A stretch of 64,000 bases of DNA from a virus: positions 1 through 64,000 of the IMG/VR virus record IMGVR_UViG_3300025872_000050, one strand, 5' to 3'. Below, piece by piece: positions 57,475-64,000 of the stretch (positions are counted from its first letter, which is position 1; each line of letters begins with the position of its first letter). The notes beneath the pieces are model-generated. The model was not told where the DNA came from, did not search any database, and worked only from the letters and a program-made list of their open reading frames with translations. The translations under genes were made by a program, and so were the position numbers.

Positions 57475-57862
57475 GTTCCAGCCGAACGACTACCGCGTCC
57501 GCGACTACGAGATCGTCGAAGCGGAGCCGCTTGGAGAGATCCTGCGAGCGTGGATCGTCAGGTACCTCGCTGCTCGTCCGGCCAAAGCGATGGCCGTGAC
57601 CACTGACCCAGACTACTCCACACCGGTGGCCCACTTCGGGCCGATCCAGTGGCTCTCGTTCCACACAGGCATCCACATCAAGCGCACGAGCGAGATCTGC
57701 AACTCCAAGCTCGAGTTCGTCACCTTCAGCGAAGCGGACAAGCTCCTCACCGCGATCGGCGAGGAGCACCACCTACGCGAGGGCACCGTCGAGGTCTTCC
57801 CCAACCCGCACCTGTCTCGGGAGGAGTACGAGCGCCGGCGCGCCGAGCGCGGCTGCGCCTAG
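57467..57862 (+). CDS. Hypothetical protein, possible HTH
   Basis: 'LSFHTGIHIKRTSEI...VTFSEADKLL'. Confidence 0.55.
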   Translation: MTKFQPNDYRVRDYEIVEAEPLGEILRAWIVRYLAARPAKAMAVTTDPDYSTPVAHFGPIQWLSFHTGIHIKRTSEICNSKLEFVTFSEADKLLTAIGEEHHLREGTVEVFPNPHLSREEYERRRAERGCA

Positions 57863-57865
57863 CCC

Positions 57866-57926
57866 TGTCTTTTTCCCTCCGAAAAGTATACAATACTAGT
57901 GTCCTGAAAATCCCTGCCCGAAGGGA
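57866..57926 (+). promoter_or_regulatory. Promoter (TGTCTT-17-TACAAT) plus a variant of motif B
   Basis: agtatacaat at 57885-57894; ccctgcccgaaggga at 57912-57926. Confidence 0.6.
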
Positions 57927-57932
57927 GTTGCT

Positions 57933-58397
57933 TTGATCATCGGCTTCACAGGAACACAACAGGGTCTCAGCTTCGAGCAGCGCGAGACGCTCGCGGACGT
58001 GCTGGAAAACTCCGACTTCGACATCGCGATGCACGGCGACTGCATCGGAGCAGATCGCGACTTCCACGACATCGTCAGGAACCTCGACTTCGACGTCAAG
58101 GTCGTGGTCTTCCCGTCGAACATCGAGGGGAAGCGCGCGTTCTGCGACGCCGACTCCGTCATGGACTCCGCCGACCCGCTCGTCCGCAACGCAGCGATCG
58201 CCCAGCTCTGCGACACGCTGATCGCGTGTCCCAAGGAGTTCAGCGAGGTCTTGCGATCCGGGACATGGGCCACAGTCCGCTACGCGATGAAGGCCCAGAA
58301 GACGATCGTGCTGATCCTCCCGGACGGCGTGCCGATCCTCTGCGTGGCCGCCGAGCCGATCGCCGCATCGATCGCGCGACAGGCGAGGTTGAACTGA
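57933..58397 (+). CDS. SLOG (DprA/Smf/YspA-like) Rossmann-fold protein
   Basis: 'IGFTG', 'HGDCIGAD', 'PLVRN', 'SGTWATVRYA'. Confidence 0.75.
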   Translation: MIIGFTGTQQGLSFEQRETLADVLENSDFDIAMHGDCIGADRDFHDIVRNLDFDVKVVVFPSNIEGKRAFCDADSVMDSADPLVRNAAIAQLCDTLIACPKEFSEVLRSGTWATVRYAMKAQKTIVLILPDGVPILCVAAEPIAASIARQARLN

Positions 58398-58852
58398 TGC
58401 TGCTTCAGGAGATCCTCCTCGGCGGTCATCCTCACGGAGCGACCGAACAGTGGCAGATGCTCGTCGGCTGCATCCTGCTCAACCAGACGTCGCGCGCTCA
58501 GGTGGACGGCGTCTACCCCGAGCTGTTCCGGTACTTCCCCGGGCCCTACTCGGTCGAAGACCTGACCGACGAGGAGCTCGCCTCGCTGGCCATCATCATC
58601 AAGCCGCTCGGGCTCCAGAACGTACGGGCGCTTCGGCTGCGGCAGTTCTCAGCGCGCTGGATCGACACCATCGACATCCGCGAGCACGACATCGAGACGA
58701 TGCCGCTGACCGACTGGGAGCTGCGCCAGCTGCCGGGGATCGGAGACTACGCCGTCGACAGCTACGCGATCTTCGTCCGTGGCGAGCTCGACCGTCAGCC
58801 GCAGGACAAGGAGCTCAAGCGGTACCTGGCCGGTGTACAGAGCTCGCGTTGA
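58397..58852 (+). CDS. MBD4-like HhH-GPD DNA glycosylase
   Basis: 'WQMLVGCILLNQTS', 'IKPLGL', 'LPGIGDYAVDSYAIF', 'PQDKEL..Y'. Confidence 0.8.
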   Translation: MLLQEILLGGHPHGATEQWQMLVGCILLNQTSRAQVDGVYPELFRYFPGPYSVEDLTDEELASLAIIIKPLGLQNVRALRLRQFSARWIDTIDIREHDIETMPLTDWELRQLPGIGDYAVDSYAIFVRGELDRQPQDKELKRYLAGVQSSR

Positions 58853-58891
58853 AGTATACAATGTAACTATACAGTCCCTCGCCCGAGGAGG
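58834..58891 (+). promoter_or_regulatory. Promoter TGTACA-17-TACAAT plus motif B copy 2 (58877-58891)
   Basis: Same hexamers and spacing as 34428-34456; exact 15-mer. Confidence 0.75.
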
Positions 58892-58896
58892 TGAAG

Positions 58897-59325
58897 TTGC
58901 AGACAGACGTCAAGAGCTGCCCCGTCTGCGGCAAGCATCATCGCCGCGATACATGGGTGTTCCCCACGGTCATGAACCGCCGATGCAACGAGCTGTTCAT
59001 GCGTCGTCGAGAGCGGGTCGCCGACGAGCCTTTCGGCCACCGCGGACATCCGCTCAGCAACGAGAAGGATCGCGCAGCGTACATCGCCGAACGGCTCGGA
59101 GTCCTGGTCGAGCGCCTCGAGCGCGAGGGCCTGACCGAGAAGGAGGCGATCGCGTTCATCGCCGGCGCAGCGTTCGAGGCTGCGGCGCTGACCGGCGAGA
59201 CGTGGCACGACGCGCAGGGCTGCATCAGAACGATCAACGGCCTGCTGTTCGAGGCCAGGGCTGCACGGACGTGGTCGATGGACGCCATCGAGCTGGCCAT
59301 CGGCTCCATCTGGGAGATCATCTAA
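58897..59325 (+). CDS. Hypothetical protein
   Basis: TTG 5 nt after motif B; N-terminal CPVC. Confidence 0.6.
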   Translation: MQTDVKSCPVCGKHHRRDTWVFPTVMNRRCNELFMRRRERVADEPFGHRGHPLSNEKDRAAYIAERLGVLVERLEREGLTEKEAIAFIAGAAFEAAALTGETWHDAQGCIRTINGLLFEARAARTWSMDAIELAIGSIWEII

Positions 59326-59339
59326 CACTCAAAGGAGTG

Positions 59340-59684
59340 ATGCTTGTGTCGTTCTACATCGGCAACACATCGGTCTTCGTCGACAGCGTCACGGGCCTGG
59401 TCTTCGGCCCGCTGTTCACGGACGAGGACGAGGCGGAGGACTTCGTCAAGTGGCTGGAGGCCTGCTGCGAGCAGGGCGAGGGCTACCGCGACGACGTCGC
59501 GCGCTACCTCATCAACAGCGACCCCCGCTCGCTCGACGGCCACGTGGACTGGTCGGCGCTGAAGGCCGCCTACGACAAGGCGGCAGAGGCCGGGGTGACG
59601 CCCATGACCGAGAGCGGCGAGCGGGTCATCACCGAGGACCCCTACCCCGGTGCGATCGTCCGCTACGCGACTCCGGAGCACTGA
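59340..59684 (+). CDS. Hypothetical protein
   Basis: AAAGGAG RBS; 'DSVTG..FGP.F..EDEAEDF..W'. Confidence 0.6.
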   Translation: MLVSFYIGNTSVFVDSVTGLVFGPLFTDEDEAEDFVKWLEACCEQGEGYRDDVARYLINSDPRSLDGHVDWSALKAAYDKAAEAGVTPMTESGERVITEDPYPGAIVRYATPEH

Positions 59685-59685
59685 C

Positions 59686-60048
59686 ATGGACACCATCGAC
59701 GTCGATGTCACCTGCCCGTTCTGCCAGAAGCAGAGCACCCTCACCGTCTCGGCCGAGGGCTACAACAAGTGGGGCACGGGAACGCTGATCCAGGAGGCGT
59801 TCCCCGAGCTCGGGCCGTCCGAGCGCGAGGGCCTCATGACCGGGATCTGCGGCCCGTGCTGGGACAAGATGTGGGCCGAAGACGATGACGAGCCCGAGAC
59901 GCTCGACCTGACAGACCTGGTCGAGCGCGGCGCCGCCGGTCGCGCCAAGCGCTTCGTGGAGTCCGGGTTCGACACGCGCGTGTTGACCGAGGGCATGATC
60001 GACAGCGGAGCGGCGGACCTCGCACGCGACATCGCGAGGGGCAAGTGA
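59686..60048 (+). CDS. Zinc-binding hypothetical protein
   Basis: CPFC...IQEAFP.L...ERE.L.TG.CGPCW. Confidence 0.7.
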   Translation: MDTIDVDVTCPFCQKQSTLTVSAEGYNKWGTGTLIQEAFPELGPSEREGLMTGICGPCWDKMWAEDDDEPETLDLTDLVERGAAGRAKRFVESGFDTRVLTEGMIDSGAADLARDIARGK

Positions 60049-60545
60049 ACGTCCTCTTCATCGGCGACTCGCTCATGGTCGGCGCCGAGCCGCTGATCCA
60101 GCTGAACGCCTCACGACGTGCGGTCGACTCGAGGGTCGGCCGCAACGTCGGCGAGGGGCTTCGCGAGGTCGTCAAGTTCCGCGGCATCCCGTGGGACTTC
60201 GTGCTCGTCAGCCTCGGGACCAACGACTGGTACCTGAACACGCCCTCGTGGTTCGACAGCCAGCTGATGCGGATGCGGACGATCGTCGGCCCGCATCCCG
60301 TCATCGTCTGGAGCACGATCCACCGCCCCCTCGCGGATTCGACCAACGGCTACACGCACTGGAACGCCGCGCTGAGGAAGCGCGCCAAGGGCTCCTCGGG
60401 CCACTTCAGAGTGGCGGACTGGTCGCATGAGCTGGCCAAGGAGGCATCACCTGACAAGTCGCTGCTGAGCAAGGACGGAGTCCACCCGAACAAGGCCGGG
60501 TACGCCGTGCTCGCGAAGCTCTTCAGAGAGGCGGTGCTGCTGTGA
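60045..60545 (+). CDS. SGNH/GDSL esterase
   Basis: FIGDSL, GR, LGTND, DGVHP. Confidence 0.85.
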   Translation: MNVLFIGDSLMVGAEPLIQLNASRRAVDSRVGRNVGEGLREVVKFRGIPWDFVLVSLGTNDWYLNTPSWFDSQLMRMRTIVGPHPVIVWSTIHRPLADSTNGYTHWNAALRKRAKGSSGHFRVADWSHELAKEASPDKSLLSKDGVHPNKAGYAVLAKLFREAVLL

Positions 60546-60553
60546 GACGCCGC

Positions 60554-60814
60554 ATGCAGATCGACCTCCACGACTTCGACGTCTACTCCGCCGAGACTGA
60601 CGACAAGAAGACGCTCCGCCTGAGGATCTCCTGTCGATGGTGGAAGCGCGGGACGGTGAGCGTCTACATGGACACCGCGCAAGCGGAGAAGCTCGCCGTC
60701 TCGCTGCTGGAAGTCTCCGGCAGCGAGAAGCGCGTCGCGTACTGGGACGGCACAGGAAGAGGCCATCGAACCGGGTGGCTCCCGGTTCCAAGAAAGGGGA
60801 CACAGCATGGGTGA
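60554..60814 (+). CDS. Hypothetical protein
   Basis: ORF fills the gap; start could be GTG 60542. Confidence 0.5.
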   Translation: MQIDLHDFDVYSAETDDKKTLRLRISCRWWKRGTVSVYMDTAQAEKLAVSLLEVSGSEKRVAYWDGTGRGHRTGWLPVPRKGTQHG

Positions 60815-61460
60815 GTTGAGGGGCAAGCAGATCCCCGCCAAGGAGATCGCGGCGCTCTGTTGGGCGCGAGGCTGGAAGGACTCGATAGACCTCGTCACGA
60901 TCGTCGCGGTCTGCCTCAGCGAGTCGCAGGGGTACCAGCGCGCGTACAACGACAACATCGACAAGGTGACGGGCGAGGTCAAGAGCCGCGACTGTGGCAT
61001 CTTCCAGATCAACATCCCGGCATCGCAGATCGGCACCGAGGAAGAGGAGCAGCTCTACGCCGACCTCGAGTACAACGTCGACCGCGCGTACCGCCTCTTC
61101 GAGCGGCGCGGCTTCCAGCCGTGGTACGCGTGGACGCTGCGCGTCTACCTCCGCGACGGCTACATCGAGCGCGCGAGCCGCGGCGTCGGCAACTTCCTGG
61201 CTGAGATGCTCCTGATGGAGGAGCCCACCGACACGCTCAAGAAGGACGAGAACGGCAACCCCGTCCCGTACGTCCACAAGTACGAGCTCGGCAAGCCGGT
61301 GCTCAACTTCCAGCGCCGTGTCGAGGTGCTCGCCGGCACCTGCGAGAGGGCGATCACGATGGCGAAGGCGATCAAGCCGATCGCCCCTCCCGCCGTGGAC
61401 GCCAAGATCGACGAGCTGGTGCGCATGATCACCATCGGACGGAACGAGGCCAAGAAGTGA
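60807..61460 (+). CDS. Lysozyme-like / lytic transglycosylase protein
   Basis: 'AVCLSES.G...AYN', 'DCGIFQIN', 'GFQPW'. Confidence 0.75.
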   Translation: MGELRGKQIPAKEIAALCWARGWKDSIDLVTIVAVCLSESQGYQRAYNDNIDKVTGEVKSRDCGIFQINIPASQIGTEEEEQLYADLEYNVDRAYRLFERRGFQPWYAWTLRVYLRDGYIERASRGVGNFLAEMLLMEEPTDTLKKDENGNPVPYVHKYELGKPVLNFQRRVEVLAGTCERAITMAKAIKPIAPPAVDAKIDELVRMITIGRNEAKK

Positions 61461-61615
61461 TCCACCACGACGACGTCTGGAACGAAGACATGGACGAGCT
61501 CGAGTGGAGCGACTGCTACCGCACCAACTGGGGCTTGATCCTCGCCATGCTCATCGTCGTGGCCATGTGGACGTTGGTGGGCTTCGGGATCTGGGCAGCG
61601 TTCAAGTACTCATGA
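61457..61615 (+). CDS. Small single-pass membrane protein (52 aa, absent from the ORF track)
   Basis: GTGA and ATGA overlaps on both sides; WGLILAMLIVVAMWTLVGFGIWAAF. Confidence 0.6.
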   Translation: MIHHDDVWNEDMDELEWSDCYRTNWGLILAMLIVVAMWTLVGFGIWAAFKYS

Positions 61616-61920
61616 GCCCGCTGAGCCGCCCGACACTGCGTCCGACACCGTTCACCGAGGTCGTGGCGATCATGGACGTGTCCCCGGTCAACATGACCTC
61701 CGGAGACAAGGTCGAGGTGGTCGGCCACGTAGCGGGTCAGCCGTTCAAGACTGAGCGCTTCGCGTCTGGAGACATGCACGTCGACTGCGCGATCATCGTC
61801 CGCACCAAGAAGGGAGCTCTCGTCCCAGTCCCGACTTCGAAGACGACGACTGACGGGATTCCCTACCGGCAGCTTAGGCAACCGATCGCGTGGCCTCCTC
61901 CGGGAAGCGTGTCGTACTGA
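61612..61920 (+). CDS. Hypothetical protein
   Basis: ATGA overlap. Confidence 0.55.
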   Translation: MSPLSRPTLRPTPFTEVVAIMDVSPVNMTSGDKVEVVGHVAGQPFKTERFASGDMHVDCAIIVRTKKGALVPVPTSKTTTDGIPYRQLRQPIAWPPPGSVSY

Positions 61921-62408
61921 TGTCGCACCAAGTCTTCATGGGCTCCTGCCCGTCAGACGATCGCTTCGAGGCCGCGCAGTGGGATCCGCACATCGGCACC
62001 ATCGGCAAGCCGAAGGGCGGCCTGTGGACGTCCGACCTGCTGCCGGAAGGGACGTCGCCTTGGCTCGAGTGGGTGCGAACTGAGCAGCCGGACTGGAGGA
62101 GAGAGGCGTGGGTCTGTGAGTTGAAGCCGGACATCCACACCGCTCACGTCTGGAGCCGCCGCGACCTGGTCCGGCTGGGCATCCCAGAGAGCTGGGATCA
62201 GCTCAGCCAGAGATTCCACCGCGTCCGCTTCACTCAGTCGGTGATCGACTCGCGGTTCTCCTCGAAGTTCGACGTCGACGAAGTGTCGCGCTTGCCTAGC
62301 ATACGCGAGATGCTCGTGTGGTCGCTTGACGTCCCGAGCTCCGTCTGGCTGCGTCCGCCGTCGGAGTGCTTCGCCCGCGTCTACCAACTGGAGACCGCAG
62401 ATGTCTGA
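61920..62408 (+). CDS. Hypothetical protein (KPxGGLWTS motif)
   Basis: TGATG coupling; 'KPKGGLWTS...W.EW...DVPS.VWL'. Confidence 0.6.
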   Translation: MSHQVFMGSCPSDDRFEAAQWDPHIGTIGKPKGGLWTSDLLPEGTSPWLEWVRTEQPDWRREAWVCELKPDIHTAHVWSRRDLVRLGIPESWDQLSQRFHRVRFTQSVIDSRFSSKFDVDEVSRLPSIREMLVWSLDVPSSVWLRPPSECFARVYQLETADV

Positions 62409-62634
62409 GTCAGAACCCACCGACGAAGAAGTCACCGAAGCGGTCGACCACCTTATCTCGTGGGCGCAGGGACGATCATGGACGCTGGAGGACGACGGCC
62501 TCTCCCAACGCCTCGCGAACGTGAGCGTGTGCATCCGCTGCGGGAAGCGCACAGCGGGCTGGTTCCACAGCGACTACATGCTCACATCTGAGGGCCTCAT
62601 CTGCCTCGACTGCGCCTTCCCAGACAGGCGGTAG
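62401..62634 (+). CDS. Small zinc-finger protein
   Basis: CIRC...CLDC. Confidence 0.5.
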   Translation: MSESEPTDEEVTEAVDHLISWAQGRSWTLEDDGLSQRLANVSVCIRCGKRTAGWFHSDYMLTSEGLICLDCAFPDRR

Positions 62635-62637
62635 CTG

Positions 62638-62717
62638 TTTACTTTGCCCCGGCATTAGTATACAATATTTATGTCGGGATATTCCCCGGCAAACCGCTAC
62701 TACCTCGCCCGAGGAGG
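62638..62717 (+). promoter_or_regulatory. Promoter TTTACT-17-TACAAT plus motif B copy 3 (62703-62717)
   Basis: ggcattagtatacaat shared with 34441-34456; exact 15-mer. Confidence 0.75.
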
Positions 62718-62722
62718 CTGCG

Positions 62723-63172
62723 ATGACAGCGACATTCTGTGACACCGCGCGGACGCCCTGCGGCTACTGCCGCCGCTGCGCCATCCACGACGACCCTTGC
62801 GGCTGCACCACCGTCGAGGCCTGGGACCGCCGGGTCGAGGCGGCTCTGCTCGCGCTGGCCGCCGTCGACGGCGGGAACTCCGGGCTCGCTGAGCGCTACC
62901 GGCGCGAGTGGGATCGCGGGCTGGTCACGCTCGAGGAGCTCGAGGCGCTGGCCAACCGCCGGCGCCCCACCGACCGCGGCTGCGACACGTTCGAGACGCT
63001 GGCGGCTCGCTACGAGTTCGTCGCGCGCAAGGCGGCGAAGGGCTACAACCACTTCACCGGCTTCAAGGACAGCGGCGACCCCGCCAAGCCCTACGGCCTC
63101 AGCTGGGGCTTCAGCGAGGGGATCGTCCTGGACGGCCTCTACCTCAAGGATCTGGAGGGGCTGATCCACTGA
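62723..63172 (+). CDS. Hypothetical protein with Cys-rich N-terminus
   Basis: ATG 5 nt after motif B. Confidence 0.65.
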   Translation: MTATFCDTARTPCGYCRRCAIHDDPCGCTTVEAWDRRVEAALLALAAVDGGNSGLAERYRREWDRGLVTLEELEALANRRRPTDRGCDTFETLAARYEFVARKAAKGYNHFTGFKDSGDPAKPYGLSWGFSEGIVLDGLYLKDLEGLIH

Positions 63173-63176
63173 CCCT

Positions 63177-63332
63177 GTTGGGAGACGCAGCACTAAGCTG
63201 GCGACAACGGGAGCATCCGGAACCTACCGGCTCTGCTTCCCGGCTCCCAACCGAAGCTGCCGCGGGTTGCGGGATACAAGAGGGTGGTAAGGAGGAAGAC
63301 CGCGCCAGATGAGTTGCCACCGCCCGCGGCAG
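63177..63332 (+). ncRNA. Candidate structured intergenic RNA of unknown class
   Basis: Nested helices 63177-84/63244-51, 63186-63203, 63208-63242, 63257-66/63323-32 and 63283-90/63314-21. Confidence 0.45.
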
Positions 63333-63347
63333 TACTGACCCTGACAA

Positions 63348-63362
63348 CCTCGCCCGAGGAGG
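63348..63362 (+). promoter_or_regulatory. Start-associated motif B, copy 4
   Basis: Exact CCTCGCCCGAGGAGG 4 nt before ATG 63367. Confidence 0.75.
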
Positions 63363-63366
63363 GAAC

Positions 63367-63795
63367 ATGAACGACAAGCTCGACATCATCACCCAGGACA
63401 CAGCGCTCTTCGACATCGACGATCTCGAGGAGCTGCCCACCGTCATCGACGACATCCACTCGGTCGGCGCGGCGCTGACCGCCAAGCGCATCGAGGAGAT
63501 CAAGGCGAACCTCGCCCTCCTGGACGCCAAGGCGGCCGAGCTCAAGGCGCGGCTGGCGCAGGAGCAGGACCGCATCCGCGGCGTGCTCCCTCCCGGCGTC
63601 AGCGTCCAGGTCGGCGACTACGTCATGCGCCGCACCGAGGTCGCCGCGACCGAGCGCTTCAGCCTCCGGGCGATGCGCGAGGCGGGCGAGACCCTGCCCA
63701 AGAAGCTCGAGCGCTTCGTGAACCTCTCCGGCGCGCACGAGCGCTGGACGGTGAAGCGCGCGGCCGAGCGGACGTCCCTGACCAAGAAGGACTGA
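63367..63795 (+). CDS. Hypothetical coiled-coil protein
   Basis: Strong RBS; typical codon use. Confidence 0.65.
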   Translation: MNDKLDIITQDTALFDIDDLEELPTVIDDIHSVGAALTAKRIEEIKANLALLDAKAAELKARLAQEQDRIRGVLPPGVSVQVGDYVMRRTEVAATERFSLRAMREAGETLPKKLERFVNLSGAHERWTVKRAAERTSLTKKD

Positions 63796-63800
63796 CGCAG

Positions 63801-64000
63801 ATGTCGACGTCACCCTGGAAGCGGGTGTCCGTGGACTACCCCGGCCGCCCGCGACACCGCGCGCACACGGTGGAGGTGCAGCCGTGGGGCGACCAGCACG
63901 TCATGCTGGTCCTCATGAGCGACACGCGCGTGGTCGAAACGCTGCTCAGTCGCGAGCAGCTCGAGCAGGTGTTCGAGACCGCCAAGACCGAGATGGGGAG
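63801..64000 (+). CDS. Hypothetical protein (3'-truncated)
   Basis: AAGGA upstream; frame open to the window end. Confidence 0.5.
   Translation, partial: MSTSPWKRVSVDYPGRPRHRAHTVEVQPWGDQHVMLVLMSDTRVVETLLSREQLEQVFETAKTEMG

Larger units (their letters stand above)
1..64000 (+). mobile_element. Segment of a tailed dsDNA bacteriophage genome (siphovirus-like)
   Basis: Continuous co-directional portal-protease-capsid-tail-tape measure module followed by replication and modification genes with ATGA/GTGA overlaps; no host housekeeping operons. Confidence 0.96.

Noticed and set aside
63290-63320. Hammerhead ribozyme core (CAGATGAG resembles CTGATGAG)
   Set aside because: The conserved U is missing and there is no correctly placed GAAA
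1-64000. Prophage boundaries, integrase, terminase, tRNAs
   Set aside because: None recognisable; they may lie outside the window, so lifestyle cannot be called

Overview
The whole window is one co-oriented (+ strand), high-GC segment of a tailed dsDNA phage genome with a long non-contractile tail. The host is probably an actinobacterium, which is a weak inference. Gene order: a giant repeat-based fibre protein (5'-truncated); a Mu-gp29/DUF935-type portal; a multi-toxin protein (ADP-ribosyltransferase + PD-(D/E)xK nuclease + zeta-type kinase); a giant Mu-I-type prohead protease polyprotein that appears to be extended by a -1 frameshift into an HExxH/LPD1-like domain; scaffold, decoration protein, lambda-E-type major capsid, neck, tail tube, chaperones, tape measure and tail-tip genes; then ligase, SNF2 helicase, SSB-like protein, primase-MCM helicase, dUTPase, C5 methyltransferase and beta clamp; a DNA-modification block (4 glycosyltransferases, DUF5664 diphosphohydrolase, Asp-type thymidylate-synthase homologue, dCMP deaminase); family A polymerase, RuvC-like resolvase, MBD4-like glycosylase and a run of small early-type genes. 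No terminase, integrase, tRNA or CRISPR array was seen. The best candidates for novelty are: (1) a shared ~36-aa 'SKHPRWP..G.GG.F.E..D' tag on three otherwise unrelated cargo-like proteins, probably a head-loading or ejection signal exposed by the prohead protease; (2) the frameshift at the end of the protease gene; (3) a cytosine hypermodification and repair set; (4) a fibre whose globular domains are all inserted at one register of a 19-aa repeat; (5) two families of repeated regulatory motifs and a structured intergenic RNA. All family assignments come from motif recognition by eye; no searches were run.
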